Assembly (NCBI GenBank): GCA_036377435.1
Contig: DASUYM010000314.1
Span: 547-64,546, forward strand
DNA from: Propionibacteriaceae bacterium
Lineage (GTDB): Bacteria; Actinomycetota; Actinomycetes; Propionibacteriales; Propionibacteriaceae
Direction: 5' to 3'
Length of the DNA stretch: 64,000 bases
Shown here: positions 63,943 to 64,000 of the stretch, piece after piece
Layout: every line of letters begins with the position of its first letter
How positions within the stretch are numbered: the first letter of the stretch is position 1
Made by a program: the position numbers and the translations under genes
Notes under the pieces: generated by a model
What the model was told of the DNA's origin: nothing
Seen by the model: the letters and a program-made list of their open reading frames with translations, nothing else
Databases searched by the model: none

Positions 63943-64000
63943 CTGTCTGGACCATCCGTGTGATGGGAGACGCCGATGCGCAGGGGTCGGAGTGGTTCGA
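63939..64000 (+). CDS. start of an unidentified gene (possibly GNAT-like), 3' end outside window
   Basis: ATG 63939 overlaps the upstream stop (ATGA). It reads MTVWTIRVMGDADAQGSEWF... to the window edge. This is too short to classify. Confidence 0.3.
   Translation, partial: MTVWTIRVMGDADAQGSEWF

Noticed and set aside
1-64000. A search for a prophage, integrase, transposase, IS ends, CRISPR-cas, rRNA or retron-like elements across the whole window.
   Set aside because: No ORF translation shows integrase (R..HxxR..Y), DDE/transposase or Cas signatures. No spaced direct-repeat arrays were seen. The only mobility traces are the relics reported above.

Overview
This is a high-G+C actinobacterial-type chromosomal segment, roughly 65-70 % G+C by eye. 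It is densely coding on both strands, with about 57 protein genes. I found no rRNA, intact tRNA, CRISPR array, or intact integrase or transposase. Most of the window is ordinary accessory metabolism, transport and stress biology. That includes two SulP/STAS transporters, two DHA2-type MFS pumps, and a GT4-hyp-GT4-GH130 glycan operon. It also includes GH15, FGE and sulfotransferase genes, a desaturase, two SDRs, Hsp20 and several DUF1269-type stress proteins. A bacterial topoisomerase IB and two large LuxR/LAL regulators are also present. The stand-out is a lower-G+C islet at about 3.3-8.2 kb. It starts at a decayed tRNA-Ala-like relic with tandem copies of the relic's 3' end. It carries two paralogous 4-TM SLATT/DUF4231-like membrane proteins bracketing a TIR - TM - exported GDPD-like fusion protein. 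It ends in gene debris: an internally deleted hydrolase and a frameshifted excisionase-type HTH gene. I read this as a candidate TIR-based conflict (abortive-infection) module of a type I do not recall being described. Other noteworthy items:
- a DUF222/HNH (REP13E12-like) gene with a LexA box over its start codon, plus a decayed inverted second copy 42 kb away
- an AbiEi/DUF559 gene bracketed by two copies of a 75-nt nested palindrome
- a 14-nt motif CGCYGACAAGTCKG present four times, always intergenic
- an in-frame histidine-kinase/response-regulator deletion chimera
- a perfect 21-bp inverted repeat
- several apparent frameshifts.
All domain calls come from reading the translations and remembering family motifs. 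No searches were run.
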